Shown here piece by piece: positions 9,123 to 18,430 of a stretch of 37,791 bases of DNA. The position numbers and the translations under genes are program-made. This stretch comes from a virus (lineage: Duplodnaviria > Caudoviricetes), in the IMG/VR virus record IMGVR_UViG_3300022178_001201, positions 1 to 37,791 of that record; one strand, written 5' to 3'. The notes beneath the pieces were generated by a model. That model worked only from the letters and a program-made list of their open reading frames with translations. It made no database searches and was not told the origin of the DNA. Numbering within the stretch: position 1 is the stretch's first letter; every line of letters starts with the position of its first letter.

Positions 9123-10598
9123 ATGTCTTTAACAAAAGTTAGTTATTCCATGATTCAAGGCGCTCAAATCAGTGCTTTTGATTACATGACTTCCGCTGAA
9201 ATACAGGCAGTCCAAACAAATACTTGGACTACAATTACAAATGTGTCCACAGCTTGCCAAGCAGCAATGGATGCTGGAAGCTCTGTTTATTTTCCACCCG
9301 GAATTTACAGACTTATTAGCCCGTTATTGTTACGAACACCTAAACAATGTCTTTTTGGTGCTGGTGCTGGTGTAACAGTTTTTGTACCAACAGCGGGATT
9401 TACTTCAGCTACTGTTGGAGGTCAAACCCGCACATTTCTTATTTGGTATCAGCCCACAGCAGGAACTTGGGATATTAATACTGACTTTATTATTGGAGGT
9501 GTAATATCTGATATTACCCTTAATTGTAGTAGATTGTGCGGTGGCATTTTATTTAATAGAATCACGCAGTCACAGATAGTGACGAATGTGCATATTTATC
9601 AGCCAATTAATGGGATTGATAATTATTTAGGATGGTGTCACACATATCAAAATGTATATGTGCAAGGCGCCCAAGTTATCAGCATAATACTCGGGGCAGG
9701 GGCAAACGGTACAACTATTCAAGGTGGTTTCTTATTTGGAAATAACTACACTACAGATAGAACACAGATTCATATTGATGTACATACTGGTAGCGCAGGC
9801 AATAGCGTATCTGGCGGTGCAATTGAAATTTGTGATGCCGGGATTAGAACCACTGGTCGAGGCCAGATTGCAGTCAATGGTACAGACTTTGAAGAAGTGG
9901 CATACCGATTCGGCCAACACTATGGCACTTATTCTGGAGAAACATTAACTGAGGCTGGGGCAACATCAACTTATCAAGGGTGCAATTTTGTGGGTGCCCC
10001 ATTAGGCGGTGGAATTGTCACACGAGGTGCAGGTGCAGTAGTCGATGGGGGGGAATTTCAAAATTACGATGCGTTACCGTCAGGTGTGGATCAATACGCA
10101 CTTTACGGGATTCAAGCGGGCCAGAATTTGAATGGTTTGCCGGGTATTGGAGTATCGGCTAAAAACTGCGTGTTTTTTGGATGGGGGGATCAGATTACTG
10201 GATACATCAAGAAAGGAATTGTTTCCACTATTTATGTCGGTGAATTGTGTGCAGAAGATATGCGCGTACCATTAGGAACATGGGTTCCAATTCTTACAGG
10301 ATTTACCACTATAGGTGCGGTAACAATTCAAAATGCTAAGTTTACCAAGATGGGTAATCTTGTAACATTTAATATCCAAATTCAAGCAACCACTATTGCT
10401 ACGACTGCCACGACAAGTATTATCACAGGACTGCCATTTGTACCATTATTTCCAAGTACAGTAAGCGCCATTGCTGGAACAGTAACAAGCCCTTCTGCTG
10501 CTTTAATTTTTACAACAGGTACAGGCGTTATATTCTTGCCAACAAATTCCGCATGGGGTAATAGCTTGGTTATTACTGGAACATACTTCACAACTTAA
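9123..10598 (+). CDS. Tailspike 2 (beta-helix)
   Basis: RBS AGGA. MSLTKVSYSMI N-terminus, ACQAAMD...VYFPPGIY cap, C-terminal GTWVP...FTKMGNLV domain. Confidence 0.8.
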   Translation: MSLTKVSYSMIQGAQISAFDYMTSAEIQAVQTNTWTTITNVSTACQAAMDAGSSVYFPPGIYRLISPLLLRTPKQCLFGAGAGVTVFVPTAGFTSATVGGQTRTFLIWYQPTAGTWDINTDFIIGGVISDITLNCSRLCGGILFNRITQSQIVTNVHIYQPINGIDNYLGWCHTYQNVYVQGAQVISIILGAGANGTTIQGGFLFGNNYTTDRTQIHIDVHTGSAGNSVSGGAIEICDAGIRTTGRGQIAVNGTDFEEVAYRFGQHYGTYSGETLTEAGATSTYQGCNFVGAPLGGGIVTRGAGAVVDGGEFQNYDALPSGVDQYALYGIQAGQNLNGLPGIGVSAKNCVFFGWGDQITGYIKKGIVSTIYVGELCAEDMRVPLGTWVPILTGFTTIGAVTIQNAKFTKMGNLVTFNIQIQATTIATTATTSIITGLPFVPLFPSTVSAIAGTVTSPSAALIFTTGTGVIFLPTNSAWGNSLVITGTYFTT

Positions 10599-10610
10599 TC
10601 TTTAAATATC

Positions 10611-10811
10611 ATGAACCCCATCATCCAACGCCTCAAATCTCGCACCTATTGGGTAGCAATACTCGGTGCTTTATTAACCGCCATAGAAGCCAACAGTGGC
10701 TTTATCTCAAGCCTCATGCCACCTGCTTACGGTAAGTATGCAGTGATGCTGTGGCCTGTTTTAATGCTGACACTGCGAGAAATTACTACTTCTGCTTTGG
10801 CAGATAAATAG
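10611..10811 (+). CDS. Small two-TM membrane protein, holin-like
   Basis: 66 aa. LKSRTYW followed by two hydrophobic segments. Confidence 0.6.
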   Translation: MNPIIQRLKSRTYWVAILGALLTAIEANSGFISSLMPPAYGKYAVMLWPVLMLTLREITTSALADK

Positions 10812-10814
10812 TAA

Positions 10815-10862
10815 TACAATCAAACAAACCGTACCAGCGAGGTTCACTGGGGAATCGAAGGA
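10815..10862 (+). promoter_or_regulatory. Putative -10 (TACAAT), 5'-UTR hairpin and RBS of the scaffold gene
   Basis: TACAAT 10815-10820; CCAGCGA-GGT-TCACTGG 10834-10850; AAGGA 10858-10862. No good -35. Confidence 0.35.
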
Positions 10863-10868
10863 TTCAAA

Positions 10869-11612
10869 ATGTCAGAAGAAGTATTAGCGGAGTCACTACC
10901 CGTGCCGACATCGGATGAGACGGCCTCAACCGAAGTTGTAGTTTCAACGCCGGAAACGCCAGAAGTAGCACCCAAGACATTCTCGCAAGAGGAACTTGAT
11001 GCTGCCATAGGCAAACGCCTTGCCCGAGAGCAACGCAAATGGGAACGAGAACGTCAGGTTGCACCCGCAGCACCCGTTGATATTCCACCTGTCGATCAGT
11101 TTGATTCCGTTGAGGCTTACGCCGAAGCACGAGCTGTCAAGTTAATCGAACAGCGTGAACAGCAACGGCAACAAAGCGACATTCTTGAGAGTTATCACGA
11201 GCGTGAAGAGGAAGCCCGTGGGAAGTATGATGACTTTGAACAGGTCGCTTATAACCCCAAGCTCACTATTACCAACGTGATGGCTGAGACGATCCAGAAC
11301 TCTGATGTTGGCCCCGATGTAGCTTACTACCTTGGCACTAACCCCAAAGAAGCAGATCGTATTGCCCGTCTGTCACCTTTCTCGCAGGCAAAAGAGATCG
11401 GGAAGATCGAAGCTAAATTAGCTGACAATCCTCCCGTAAAGAAAACGTCCAGTGCTCCAGCGCCTATTGCGCCAGTTACTGCTCGTGGCACTAGCGGTGC
11501 AGCTTTCGATACAACTGATCCTCGTTCAACGAAGACCATGAGTACGTCAGACTGGATTGCTGCTGACAGAGCACGACAGGCCAAGAAGTGGGAAGCACAA
11601 CGTAACCGCTAG
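10869..11612 (+). CDS. Capsid scaffolding protein
   Basis: Acidic, helical, directly before the coat gene. KTFSQEELDAAIGKRLARE and GPDVAYYLG motifs. Confidence 0.85.
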   Translation: MSEEVLAESLPVPTSDETASTEVVVSTPETPEVAPKTFSQEELDAAIGKRLAREQRKWERERQVAPAAPVDIPPVDQFDSVEAYAEARAVKLIEQREQQRQQSDILESYHEREEEARGKYDDFEQVAYNPKLTITNVMAETIQNSDVGPDVAYYLGTNPKEADRIARLSPFSQAKEIGKIEAKLADNPPVKKTSSAPAPIAPVTARGTSGAAFDTTDPRSTKTMSTSDWIAADRARQAKKWEAQRNR

Positions 11613-11636
11613 TTTTATACTTCTTAAGGAACATTT

Positions 11637-12848
11637 ATGTCCAATTCGATCCTAACCATTGACATGATAACTCGCAAGAGTTTGGAAATTCTTGAAAACA
11701 ACCTTGTGCTTACTCGCAACGTAAACCGTCAGTATGATGACAGTTTCGCTGTTGAAGGCGCTAAAATCGGCTCCACTCTGCGTATCCGTTTGCCTGACCG
11801 TGCTCTCGTTACTGACGGCGCTGCTTTGCAAGTGCAAGATGACAACGAGCAGTACACCACTTTGTCGGTGTCTAACCAAAAGCATATCGGTGTCAACTTC
11901 AGCTCTGCTGAACTGACCATGCAATTGGATGACTTCGCAGAACGTGTGCTCAAGCCTCGTATCAGCCAGTTAGCTTCCAGCATTGATGCTGACGTTGCAA
12001 ATGCTTACAAGAGCATTTACCAATCTGTCGGTACTCCCGGTACTACACCATCGACCTCTTTGGTTCTGTTGCAAGCGCAACAAAAACTGAACGAGTCGGC
12101 TGCTGGTATGTCTCCACGTTACGCTACCGTCAACCCTGCTGCTAACGCTGGCTTGGTCGAAGGTATGAAGGGTCTGTTCAATCCAACAGACACTATCAGC
12201 AAGCAGTTCCGTAACGGCATGATGGGCACTGGCGTGTTGGGCTTCGATGAGATCAATATGTCTCAGTCGATCAAGCAGCACACCACTGGTTCCCGCGATG
12301 CTTCCGCTGCCACCACTGTGACCGCTACTATCAGCTCACAAGGTTCCGTTACTCTTGGCTTGACTCAAGCCTCTGTGACTACAACCATCAAAGCTGGTGA
12401 CGTGTTCACTGTTGCTGATTGCTACGCAGTCAACCCACAGACCCGCGAAACCACTGGTTCGTTGCAACAATTCACCGCTGTGGCTGACGCTACTGCTGTG
12501 GGTGGTGCTTGGACTGTTACTGTGTCGCCTGCCATGTACACCGCTGCTCACGCACTGGCTACTATCGACAGCTTCCCAGTTGCTGGCAAAACAGTGACCT
12601 TCCTCGGCGCTGCTTCTAGCCAGTTTGCACAGAACTTGGTTTACCACAAAGATGCGATCACTTTCGCAACTGCTGACTTGTTGCTGCCTCAAGGTGTTGA
12701 CATGGCTTCACGTCAAGTGCATAACGGTATCTCGTTGCGTATCGTGCGTCAGTACGACATCAACAATGACCGTATGCCTTGCCGTATCGACGTGCTCTAT
12801 GGCTACAGCGCGATCCGTCCAGCCATGGCTGCTCGTATCTGGGGATAA
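11637..12848 (+). CDS. Major capsid protein (P22 coat gp5 family)
   Basis: 403 aa, RBS AAGGA. KIGSTLRIRLP and RIDVLYG motifs. Confidence 0.92.
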   Translation: MSNSILTIDMITRKSLEILENNLVLTRNVNRQYDDSFAVEGAKIGSTLRIRLPDRALVTDGAALQVQDDNEQYTTLSVSNQKHIGVNFSSAELTMQLDDFAERVLKPRISQLASSIDADVANAYKSIYQSVGTPGTTPSTSLVLLQAQQKLNESAAGMSPRYATVNPAANAGLVEGMKGLFNPTDTISKQFRNGMMGTGVLGFDEINMSQSIKQHTTGSRDASAATTVTATISSQGSVTLGLTQASVTTTIKAGDVFTVADCYAVNPQTRETTGSLQQFTAVADATAVGGAWTVTVSPAMYTAAHALATIDSFPVAGKTVTFLGAASSQFAQNLVYHKDAITFATADLLLPQGVDMASRQVHNGISLRIVRQYDINNDRMPCRIDVLYGYSAIRPAMAARIWG

Positions 12849-12855
12849 TTAGAAT

Positions 12856-12881
12856 GGGTGTGAAGTTATTTCACACCCTTT
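12856..12881 (+). terminator. Stem-loop after the coat gene (weak terminator or stability hairpin)
   Basis: GGGTGTGAA-GTTAT-TTCACACCC followed by TTT. Confidence 0.55.
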
Positions 12882-12910
12882 CCTCGTTTCACATTTAAAA
12901 GGAATTTATC

Positions 12911-13303
12911 ATGGCTATCCCTAATGGTTCTGGTGGTTATCAAGTCGGTGACGGTAATTTGGCTGAAGTCGCTATGTCTGTGCAAGCTACTCCAGTCGCC
13001 AAGACTGCTGCTGCTGTCCTGACCGCTGCTGAACTCACAAACGGCATCGTTACTTACACTGGCGCAGTTGCCAACATCACTTTGCCCACAGTGGCTTTGA
13101 CCGAAGCTCTGGTTTCCAGCGCCAAGGTTAACAGTTCATTCGACTTCAGCATCTTGAACATCGGTGGCACTAATACTGCTACTGTTGTCGCTGGTACAGG
13201 CTGGACACTGGTTGGTGTTGTTACTGTGTTGGCTCTGGTATCGTCTACATGGCGTGCTGTCAAGACAGGCGATGGTGCTTGGACAGCGTACCGCTTGGCC
13301 TAA
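12911..13303 (+). CDS. Putative head decoration/cement protein
   Basis: 130 aa, A/T/V-rich, strong RBS AAGGA, follows the coat gene. Confidence 0.65.
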   Translation: MAIPNGSGGYQVGDGNLAEVAMSVQATPVAKTAAAVLTAAELTNGIVTYTGAVANITLPTVALTEALVSSAKVNSSFDFSILNIGGTNTATVVAGTGWTLVGVVTVLALVSSTWRAVKTGDGAWTAYRLA

Positions 13304-13310
13304 TTGAACA

Positions 13311-13330
13311 GGGGGGCTTCGGCCCCCTTT
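13311..13330 (+). terminator. Rho-independent terminator-like hairpin
   Basis: GGGGGC-TTCG-GCCCCC followed by a short T tract. Confidence 0.6.
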
Positions 13331-13337
13331 CCATCAC

Positions 13338-13535
13338 ATGAACATTTACTTAAAACACCCTGTCCACGGTACAAAAGTTGCCACAATGGAGCTTGAAGCA
13401 CTGTACGATGAGAAACTTGGTTGGGTGCGGTATACTGTCGGTACGCCTTCTGTCGAACCAGTCGAGGTGGCTCCTGTAAACGCATTGGAAGTTAAGCGCA
13501 AATACACACGCAAGGTCGTGACCGAAGGAGTTTAA
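13338..13535 (+). CDS. Hypothetical protein, 65 aa
   Basis: ORF between decoration and neck genes with a basic C-terminus. Confidence 0.7.
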   Translation: MNIYLKHPVHGTKVATMELEALYDEKLGWVRYTVGTPSVEPVEVAPVNALEVKRKYTRKVVTEGV

Positions 13536-13536
13536 T

Positions 13537-14250
13537 ATGGCAAGCACAGCAGGCGACCAGATCAACGGCGCTTTACGCCTCATCGGTATGCTGGCTGAGG
13601 GAGAAGTCCCATCTGCCGAAACTTCACAAGACGCACTGACAGCCATGAATCAGATGATTGATTCGTGGAATACTGAGCGTCTTTCCGTCTTTGCAACCCA
13701 AGACCAAACTTACATCTGGCCTGCTGGTGTTCTGACCCAGACTATCGGCCCAACAGGTACGTTCCCCGGCAATCGTCCTGTCTTGTTTGACGATTCAACG
13801 TACTACCGTGATCCAAGCACCAACGTGTCGTTTGGAATCAAGTTTATCAACCAGCAGCAGTACAACGGCATTGCAGTGAAAACTGTAACGTCCACCTACC
13901 CTCAAGTCTGCTGGGTGAACATGGAGTACCCGAACGCCACAATGACCATCTATCCAAGGCCCACTCGGGAACTGGAATGGCACATTGTCTCGGTCACTGA
14001 ACTCACTCAACCCGCTACGCTGGCAACTCAGTTGTCATTCCCACCGGGTTATCTGCGTGCGTTTAAATACAATCTGGCCTGTGAGATCGCTGCTGAGTTT
14101 GGTGTGGAACCAAGTCGGCAAGTGTCTCGTATTGCCATGAGCAGCAAGCGCAATCTGAAGCGCATCAACAACCCAGACGATGTGATGTCGATACCTTACG
14201 CACTGGTTGCCACTCGTCAACGGTTCAATGTGTATGCGGGTAACTACTAA
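13537..14250 (+). CDS. Head-tail adaptor (P22 gp4-like)
   Basis: INGALRLIG...L..MN.MIDSW and YNLACEIA.EFG motifs; position in the neck module. Confidence 0.75.
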   Translation: MASTAGDQINGALRLIGMLAEGEVPSAETSQDALTAMNQMIDSWNTERLSVFATQDQTYIWPAGVLTQTIGPTGTFPGNRPVLFDDSTYYRDPSTNVSFGIKFINQQQYNGIAVKTVTSTYPQVCWVNMEYPNATMTIYPRPTRELEWHIVSVTELTQPATLATQLSFPPGYLRAFKYNLACEIAAEFGVEPSRQVSRIAMSSKRNLKRINNPDDVMSIPYALVATRQRFNVYAGNY

Positions 14251-15692
14251 TGAAGACGCCCTTCCTTGGCGCTTCTTATGTAGCCCGTAGCATCAACGCT
14301 GCTGACAATCGCTGTGTCAACTTGTTCCCTGAAGCCATCCCCGAAGGTGGGAAAGAGGCTGGGTTTCTCAACAGAGCACCCGGCCTCAAGTTCCTGCAAT
14401 CGGTAGGTGTTGGCCCCATCCGTGCTCTGTGGTCACACCAGACCAACGGCAACGACTTCTATGTGGTGTCGGGTACTGAGGTGTATAAACTCACCAGTTT
14501 GACGGGTACACCTGTCAAGATTGGCAATGTGTCGGGGACTGGCCCCGTGTCGATTGCAGACAATGGCACTCAGTTGTTCTTTGCCTGCAACGGCCCCAGC
14601 TACATCTACAACGAAGTCACCAACGTATTCCAACAGATTACCGACCCTGACTTTCCGGGTGCTGTGACTGTCCAGTACCTTGATGGCTACTTCACATTCA
14701 ATGAGCCAAACAGTCAGCGTCTATGGGTCACGAGCTTGTTAGATGGCTTGTCTGTTGACCCATTGGACTTTGCCAGTGCAGAGGGTTCACCTGATGGTGT
14801 TGTCGCTGTGGCAGTTGACCATCGGGAACTGTGGGTGTTCGGTACAGACACCATTGAAGTCTGGTATGACGCTGGACTGGCTAGTTTCCCTTTTGCACGC
14901 ATTCAGGGAGCCTACAACGAGATTGGCTGTGCTGCCCCATACTCGGTAGCCAAACTCGACAATGCCCTGTTTTGGGTAGGCGCTGACCCTCGTGGCTACG
15001 GCATCGTGTACAAGAACAACGGGTACACGGGTGTTAGGGTTTCCACCCATGCCATCGAGTACGCCATCCAGCAGTACACCGACATCTCGGATGCCATTGG
15101 GTACACCTATCAGCAAGAGGGCCACGCCTTCTATGTGCTGATTTTCCCTAGTGCCAATGCCACATGGGTTTACGATGTGTCCACTCAGGTTTGGCACGAG
15201 CGTGCTGGGTTTGAGAATGGTGCGTTCACTCGTCACCGTTCCAACTGTCAGTGCAACTTTGGCTACACGACAATCGTGGGTGACTTTGCCAACGGCAACA
15301 TCTACTCGTATGACTTGGATGTGTACGCTGACAACGGTCAATCGCAGAAGTGGTTGCGGTCATGGCGTGCGCTGCCACCGGGTCAGAACAACCTGAACCG
15401 TACTGCACAGCACAGTCTGCAACTTGATGCTGAAGCTGGTGTCGGTCTGAATCTGGGTCAGGGTTCTGACCCCGAGGTGATGCTTCGCTGGTCAGACGAT
15501 GGCGGTCACACTTGGTCTAATGAGCACTGGAAGCCAATGGGTAAGATTGGTCAGTATGGCTTTCGTACACTGTGGCGCAGGCTTGGTATGACCATGAAGC
15601 TGCGTGACCGGGTGTACGAGGTGTCAGGTACTGATCCTGTCAAGATTGCCCTCATGGGTGCGAATCTCATCGTGAGTCCGACCAAAGCATAA
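14250..15692 (+). CDS. Tail hub / DNA stabilisation protein (P22 gp10-like)
   Basis: 480 aa. FASAEGSPD, MLRWSDDGGHTWS and WRRLG motifs. Confidence 0.85.
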   Translation: MKTPFLGASYVARSINAADNRCVNLFPEAIPEGGKEAGFLNRAPGLKFLQSVGVGPIRALWSHQTNGNDFYVVSGTEVYKLTSLTGTPVKIGNVSGTGPVSIADNGTQLFFACNGPSYIYNEVTNVFQQITDPDFPGAVTVQYLDGYFTFNEPNSQRLWVTSLLDGLSVDPLDFASAEGSPDGVVAVAVDHRELWVFGTDTIEVWYDAGLASFPFARIQGAYNEIGCAAPYSVAKLDNALFWVGADPRGYGIVYKNNGYTGVRVSTHAIEYAIQQYTDISDAIGYTYQQEGHAFYVLIFPSANATWVYDVSTQVWHERAGFENGAFTRHRSNCQCNFGYTTIVGDFANGNIYSYDLDVYADNGQSQKWLRSWRALPPGQNNLNRTAQHSLQLDAEAGVGLNLGQGSDPEVMLRWSDDGGHTWSNEHWKPMGKIGQYGFRTLWRRLGMTMKLRDRVYEVSGTDPVKIALMGANLIVSPTKA

Positions 15693-16822
15693 TGGCAACA
15701 GCACTCAATATCACCAGCATTCCAGCACCCCGTGTACCCATCGTTGATGAGCGCACAGGTACTATCTCGCGTGAGTGGTATCGGTTCCTGTTGAATCTGT
15801 TTACGCTCACAGGCTCGGGGTCTAACCCCACTTCGCTGGAAGATTTGCAAGTTGGGCCACCAGTTCAAGAGATTGACATTGGCCCACTTGACCCGTCACC
15901 ATCTGGCTTTGCCGCCTATGCTGCTGGGTCTGCCCAAGAGTCTCAGATTGCTGAGATTCAGAAGCAGTTGGAAGCACTGGCATCCAGCACGAATGTGAGT
16001 GAGGTTCAATCTGAACTGGCTGAAGTTTGGAAGCAGCTTCAGGCACTGCAACTGGTTCCCGAAGTATCGCCGGGTGCTCTAACTGACGGCTCATCCATTC
16101 TGTACGGCAACGGGTCTGGTGGCTTCAGCAATGTCACCATCGGCACAGGTGTCAGTTTTACGTCAGGTACGCTGTCAGCTACAGGTACTGGTGGAACTGT
16201 AACTGCGGTAACGGGAACGGCTCCAGTTGTATCGTCTGGTGGCACAACTCCAGCAATCAGCATGGCTGCTGCCACAGCGTCAGTTAACGGCTACCTCACC
16301 TCAACCGACTGGACTACGTTTAACAGCAAACAGCCTGCTGGAACGTATGTCACAGCGGTGTCAGTCGTATCTGCCAATGGACTAGCTGGTACATCGAGTG
16401 GTGGTGCAACTCCAGCCCTGACCCTCTCGACCAGCGTTACAGGCATTTTAAAAGGCAATGGGACAGCAATCAGTGCGGCTGTAGCCAATACAGACTATGT
16501 GCCTTTGTCCACGGTGCTGACCAAGACTGCTGATTACACGATCACCAACACCGATACTTGGATTATCAACAACAAGTCAGGCTCTGCCCTGACGTTGACG
16601 TTTCCAGCAGCATCGGCTTGGCCCGGTCGATATATCACAGTCAAGAATCTGCAAACTCAGTCAGTTAACTCAGCTTCCAGCAACATTGCCCCCATCGACA
16701 GTGCCACTGCTGGAACCGCTATTTTGTTGCCAGTGATCGGCAATTGGGCGACAATGGTATCTGACGGCACTAACTGGGTCATCATGCAGCAAGCCCCCAA
16801 CAACATCCTTCTTCTGGAGTAA
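15692..16822 (+). CDS. Tail needle/fibre-like protein
   Basis: N-terminal REWYRF motif, a coiled coil, then G/T/S-rich repeats (GYLTSTDWTTFN). Confidence 0.65.
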   Translation: MATALNITSIPAPRVPIVDERTGTISREWYRFLLNLFTLTGSGSNPTSLEDLQVGPPVQEIDIGPLDPSPSGFAAYAAGSAQESQIAEIQKQLEALASSTNVSEVQSELAEVWKQLQALQLVPEVSPGALTDGSSILYGNGSGGFSNVTIGTGVSFTSGTLSATGTGGTVTAVTGTAPVVSSGGTTPAISMAAATASVNGYLTSTDWTTFNSKQPAGTYVTAVSVVSANGLAGTSSGGATPALTLSTSVTGILKGNGTAISAAVANTDYVPLSTVLTKTADYTITNTDTWIINNKSGSALTLTFPAASAWPGRYITVKNLQTQSVNSASSNIAPIDSATAGTAILLPVIGNWATMVSDGTNWVIMQQAPNNILLLE

Positions 16823-16825
16823 CCC

Positions 16826-17161
16826 ATGACAGTCACCGTCAAAGTCCTCATCCCTGCAAAGATTGCAGAAGCAACCCAAGTCACTCAGTACACCGCTACT
16901 GGTGTCACTACCATCATCGACAAGTTCACAGCGACAAACTACAGCGCCAGTGCTGCCACGATCTCGGTGAACTTGGTGACTGCTGCTGACACTGCTGGCA
17001 ATCAGAACTTGATTACCAAGACCAAGACACTTCAGCCAGCAGAGGTCTACACGTTCCCTGAACTGGTGGGTCAGGTGCTTATGGCGAGTGGGTTTATCAG
17101 CACGATTGCTGGTACGGCTACCTCGATTAACATTCGTGCTAGTGGGCGTGAGGTCAGCTAA
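16826..17161 (+). CDS. Hypothetical virion protein
   Basis: 111-aa T/A-rich ORF within the tail operon. Confidence 0.7.
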   Translation: MTVTVKVLIPAKIAEATQVTQYTATGVTTIIDKFTATNYSASAATISVNLVTAADTAGNQNLITKTKTLQPAEVYTFPELVGQVLMASGFISTIAGTATSINIRASGREVS

Positions 17162-17625
17162 TGCAAGTCACTTACGGGCCTGAATTTAATGTTGCTGCCC
17201 CCTTGGATATGCGATCACGGGTTGAGGCGCTTCAGGTCGAGGTGTCGAAACATGAACAGTATGAACCCCCTACTCAACACGTCTTTCACGGTGGGATGTA
17301 CTGTCGTCAGGTGTGGCGTCCAGCAGGATGTCTAATCGTTGGCAAGGTTCATAAGAAGGAACACTTCTACATGGTGGTATCTGGAACAGTTGCCATTACC
17401 ACAGACGATGGAGTTAAAAGCATCACAGGCCCACAACTGATTTGCAGTAAACCCGGTACAAAGCGTGCCGTATATGCTGAAACGGATGCTCTCTGTATGA
17501 CTTTCCATCGCGTTGATGCTGATACGGTCGAAGATGTAGAATCAGAACTAGTTGAGGATGACCCACAATCCATGTTTACTGTGGGAAATAAGATTAAAAA
17601 TCAATCCATTGAGGTGTCACCATGA
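17161..17625 (+). CDS. Cupin-like protein
   Basis: HVFHGGMYCR...PAG..IVGKVHKKEHF..V.SG and PGTKR...A..D motifs. Confidence 0.65.
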   Translation: MQVTYGPEFNVAAPLDMRSRVEALQVEVSKHEQYEPPTQHVFHGGMYCRQVWRPAGCLIVGKVHKKEHFYMVVSGTVAITTDDGVKSITGPQLICSKPGTKRAVYAETDALCMTFHRVDADTVEDVESELVEDDPQSMFTVGNKIKNQSIEVSP

Positions 17626-18428
17626 GTTTTATTACAGCAGCGTTAATCGGGGGTGGTGCGGCATTACTTGGTGGTGCAATGGCATCTAGGGGTGCGTCTA
17701 GTGCTGCCTCCACACAAGCAGAAGCCGCCAATCGTTCTGCTGACTTGCAAAAGCAAATGTTCGATCAGCAGATGGCTTTGCAAGAACCTTACCGTCAAGC
17801 TGGCATCACAGGTCAGAACCGATTGATGGAACTGATGGGTCTTGGTGGTAACGCTGGCGCTGCTGGTTACGGTAAGTATGCCAAAGACTTTGGTATGGCA
17901 GATTACCAAGCTGACCCCGGTTATGCTTTCCGTTTGTCCGAAGGGATGAAGGGTCTGGATCGTCAAGCTGCTGCTCGTGGCGGTCTGATTTCAGGTGGTG
18001 CTCTCAAAGCTGCTACACAGTATGGTCAAGAGATGGGTTCGCAGGAATATCAGAATGCGTTTAACCGCTATCAAACCAATCGAACAAACCAACTGCAACC
18101 ACTCGGTAACTTGATGGCATCGGGTCAATCTGCTGCCAGTAACCAAGGCTCTGCTGCTGGTGCTTACGGTACTGCTGGTGGTAATGCCATTACCCAAGGG
18201 GGTCAAGCTGTTGCTGCTGGTCAAATGGGTTCCGCAAACAGTCTGAGTAATGCACTCAATGCTGGTGCAAGTGCTTACGGAAACCAACAGAACTTTAGCG
18301 CCATGATGAACATGATGGGTAATCAGGGTGGTGGCACTAACATGACTGGCTTTTACACCCCTCAGACAACCAACTACCTTAGCTCACCAATGGGTACAGG
18401 GTACACACCAATGGCAGGAACATTCTAA
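17622..18428 (+). CDS. DNA ejection protein (P22 gp7-like)
   Basis: G/A/Q-rich, hydrophobic N-terminus, DPGYAFR...AAARGGL.SG motif. Confidence 0.75.
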   Translation: MSFITAALIGGGAALLGGAMASRGASSAASTQAEAANRSADLQKQMFDQQMALQEPYRQAGITGQNRLMELMGLGGNAGAAGYGKYAKDFGMADYQADPGYAFRLSEGMKGLDRQAAARGGLISGGALKAATQYGQEMGSQEYQNAFNRYQTNRTNQLQPLGNLMASGQSAASNQGSAAGAYGTAGGNAITQGGQAVAAGQMGSANSLSNALNAGASAYGNQQNFSAMMNMMGNQGGGTNMTGFYTPQTTNYLSSPMGTGYTPMAGTF

Positions 18429-18430
18429 TC

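Noticed and set aside
6233-10598. Diversity-generating retroelement acting on the tailspikes
   Set aside because: No reverse transcriptase motifs in any ORF and no TR/VR pair with adenine-specific mismatches noticed.
12859-12875. CRP site TGTGA...TCACA
   Set aside because: Spacer is 7 bp rather than 6, and the sequence is better explained as the hairpin after the coat gene.
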